This document shows positions 61,395 to 64,000 of a stretch of DNA of 64,000 bases, in pieces. Source of the DNA: Octopus bimaculoides (lineage: Eukaryota); NCBI RefSeq assembly GCF_001194135.2, contig NC_068984.1, positions 117,401,117 to 117,465,116 of the forward strand. The letters run 5' to 3'. Below the pieces are notes generated by a model. That model was not told the DNA's origin. It made no database searches and saw only the letters and a program-made list of their open reading frames with translations. How positions within the stretch are numbered: the stretch's first letter is position 1; each line of letters opens with the position of its first letter. The position numbers and the translations under genes are program-made.

Positions 61395-61578
61395 TCTTTT
61401 ATTTTACTTGTTTCAGTCATTTGACTGCGGCTACACTGGAGCACCGCCTTTAGTCGAGCAAATTGACCCCAGGACTTATTCTTTGTAAGCCTAGAACTTA
61501 TTCTATCGGTCTCTTTTACCGAACCACTAGGTTACGGGGACGTAAACACACCAGCATCGGTTGTCAGGCGATATTGGG
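61395..61578 (-). mobile_element. SINE-C 3' half running into a gap
   Basis: TTTTACTTGTTTCAGTCATTTGACTGCGG...CGGTTGTCAGGCGATATTGGG. Confidence 0.88.
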
Positions 61579-62470
61579 NNNNNNNNNNNNNNNNNNNNNN
61601 NNNNNNNNNNNNNNNNNNNNNNNNNNNNNNNNNNNNNNNNNNNNNNNNNNNNNNNNNNNNNNNNNNNNNNNNNNNNNNNNNNNNNNNNNNNNNNNNNNNN
61701 NNNNNNNNNNNNNNNNNNNNNNNNNNNNNNNNNNNNNNNNNNNNNNNNNNNNNNNNNNNNNNNNNNNNNNNNNNNNNNNNNNNNNNNNNNNNNNNNNNNN
61801 NNNNNNNNNNNNNNNNNNNNNNNNNNNNNNNNNNNNNNNNNNNNNNNNNNNNNNNNNNNNNNNNNNNNNNNNNNNNNNNNNNNNNNNNNNNNNNNNNNNN
61901 NNNNNNNNNNNNNNNNNNNNNNNNNNNNNNNNNNNNNNNNNNNNNNNNNNNNNNNNNNNNNNNNNNNNNNNNNNNNNNNNNNNNNNNNNNNNNNNNNNNN
62001 NNNNNNNNNNNNNNNNNNNNNNNNNNNNNNNNNNNNNNNNNNNNNNNNNNNNNNNNNNNNNNNNNNNNNNNNNNNNNNNNNNNNNNNNNNNNNNNNNNNN
62101 NNNNNNNNNNNNNNNNNNNNNNNNNNNNNNNNNNNNNNNNNNNNNNNNNNNNNNNNNNNNNNNNNNNNNNNNNNNNNNNNNNNNNNNNNNNNNNNNNNNN
62201 NNNNNNNNNNNNNNNNNNNNNNNNNNNNNNNNNNNNNNNNNNNNNNNNNNNNNNNNNNNNNNNNNNNNNNNNNNNNNNNNNNNNNNNNNNNNNNNNNNNN
62301 NNNNNNNNNNNNNNNNNNNNNNNNNNNNNNNNNNNNNNNNNNNNNNNNNNNNNNNNNNNNNNNNNNNNNNNNNNNNNNNNNNNNNNNNNNNNNNNNNNNN
62401 NNNNNNNNNNNNNNNNNNNNNNNNNNNNNNNNNNNNNNNNNNNNNNNNNNNNNNNNNNNNNNNNNNNNNN

Positions 62471-62678
62471 ATAGGAAAATGAAAAAAAGCCAGAATGCTG
62501 AACTGGAAGCATAATTTAATGAAGATTTTTTTCTAACCGGTTTTCATTGCGAAGAAGCAAATTATCAAGAAGAAGGAGAATGAAAATGTTGCTTCTTCGC
62601 AATGAAAACCGGTTAGAAAAAATCTTTATTAAATTATGCTTCCAGTTCAGCATTCTGGCTTCTTTTTCATTTTCCTAT
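62471..62678. repeat. Near-perfect hairpin (90-bp arms or longer, 28-nt loop)
   Basis: 62471-62560 is inverted relative to 62589-62678 with only a few mismatches. The left end is cut by a gap. Confidence 0.92.
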
Positions 62679-63059
62679 TATTTCTCCACGTGCGGTTAAC
62701 ACAACCCCACTATTTACTGACTTATATATATATATATATCCATATATATGAGTTTATATACGTGTGCATATGTTCCTTATGCATTCGAAAACTGTGTTGC
62801 CCATTTTGACTCATCAACTATCAAAAGATTCAGTAATCTTTCTCCTACCAAATAAACTTTATTGTCATTTACGTATTTGCATTATAAAAATCTAACTTTA
62901 CAATCTTTTCTATAAGTCAGCTATTGTAAACATTTTATACCATGATGACGACAACGATGTCACATTTTCTATATGAGTGTGTACCTTAAAACAGTGCTAC
63001 TCAAAGTGGTGATTTTTTTTTTTTTCCTAAATTTCTTCCTTTTCCTATGTTTTCAATAG

Positions 63060-63598
63060 AGGAGATTAAGATTTTACCCAAAAACCGCGTTCTCAATATT
63101 TTGATTTTTTCCCTCTCCACTTAAATTTCTTCATTTTTGACATTTTTCGAAATTTCTTCTTGGTAATCCACGGAGGAAAAAACAGACTCCCAATGTTTCA
63201 CTTTTAGCTTTTTAGAAAGCGAGGAAGTTTCTTCAGAATTAATATCGTTTACCTGTTGTTTCTAGCACGTCGGGTTTTCTGGTGGTGGTCTGATATTTTT
63301 ATATGTCTGCTATTTCAGTACAATTTTATGCATGCGTGAAACATCAGACGAAAGTGAAACATTTGGGTGTTTTTAGCTTTTTTGAAAGCGAGTAGGTGAT
63401 GGGTGGGTGAGGTGAGGGGAAATGGTATTGGGTGTTTCTTTAAGAAAAATTAAACTTAATTTTTTTTTTCCAGATTCATAAGCTCTGTATTTTTCTATGT
63501 GGATAAAAAAAAAATTCGAAAAAATGTTACAAATAAAAAATTGGAGGAAATTAAAATTTTGAAGACGTAATTTCTGGGCAAAATCGTATTAACTCCTT
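63060..63598. mobile_element. Old MITE with long imperfect TIRs
   Basis: AGGAGATTAAGATTTTACCCAAAAACCGCG...TTTTTCGAAATT versus AATTCGAAAAAA...CTGGGCAAAATCGTATTAACTCCT. Confidence 0.5.
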
Positions 63599-63807
63599 TT
63601 ACAAGATGAAACAATGCATAGTTTGTGGTCCTTCTTAAGAACAAAAAGCACTTTGATGCAAACCTATGCAAATTATACCTTCCCTCTTTCACTTTTAAAC
63701 AAACCAATAACTTCCATTGCGCCAGTGATCCAGTTCACTATATATCAACTGTGTCGATTCTACCCATAAGAATGGAACAAATAATACAATGTGGTTGTAG
63801 GTCAGAA

Positions 63808-63837
63808 CACCGGGGCAACGCCGGGATGCATTGCTAG
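63808..63837 (+). mobile_element. Helitron-like 3' terminus
   Basis: CCGGGGCAACGCCGG hairpin, short spacer, then CTAG followed by T. Confidence 0.55.
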
Positions 63838-64000
63838 TTGGTGTGTGTGTATGTGGGTGTGTATGCCCAACTCTTCGAAACGCCGGTGTTAAAACGGGGG
63901 TAGCTGATGAAGGAAAATGTTCTCTATGTGGCTTGTGTGTTTTCTGTACTCTGGTTATTATTATTTTCTTGTCTACGTTTTGTTTGCAATGTCCTGTACC

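Overview
This is a repeat-saturated, AT-rich, gapped (about 23 N-runs) animal genomic window with no recognisable host protein-coding gene, rRNA, true tRNA or CRISPR array. The repeat families and very high microsatellite density suggest a coleoid cephalopod, most likely Octopus (inference from recalled repeat consensus sequences, not from a search). Most of the sequence consists of tRNA-derived SINEs, which I label with working names: A/A2 (ACA tail), B, C (internal microsatellite) and E (internal tandem arrays, GAT tail). The rest is decayed LINE 3' fragments (three RTE-clade, two CR1/L2/Jockey-group), a Penelope-like element with a GIY-YIG remnant, an internally deleted mariner, several hAT, mariner, Tigger and piggyBac-like MITEs, two Helitron-like 3' ends and several long fold-back hairpins. 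Almost all long ORFs in the supplied track are artefacts of gaps or microsatellites. The most unusual object is a 576-bp MITE with 38-bp TIRs, a 6-bp TSD and a perfect central (CCCTAA)/(TTAGGG) hairpin. Also notable are modular SINEs that appear to swap 3' halves at an internal microsatellite, and a SINE subfamily with a shared 5' extension. I see no convincing evidence of a new multi-gene system. Coordinates of degenerate repeats are approximate.
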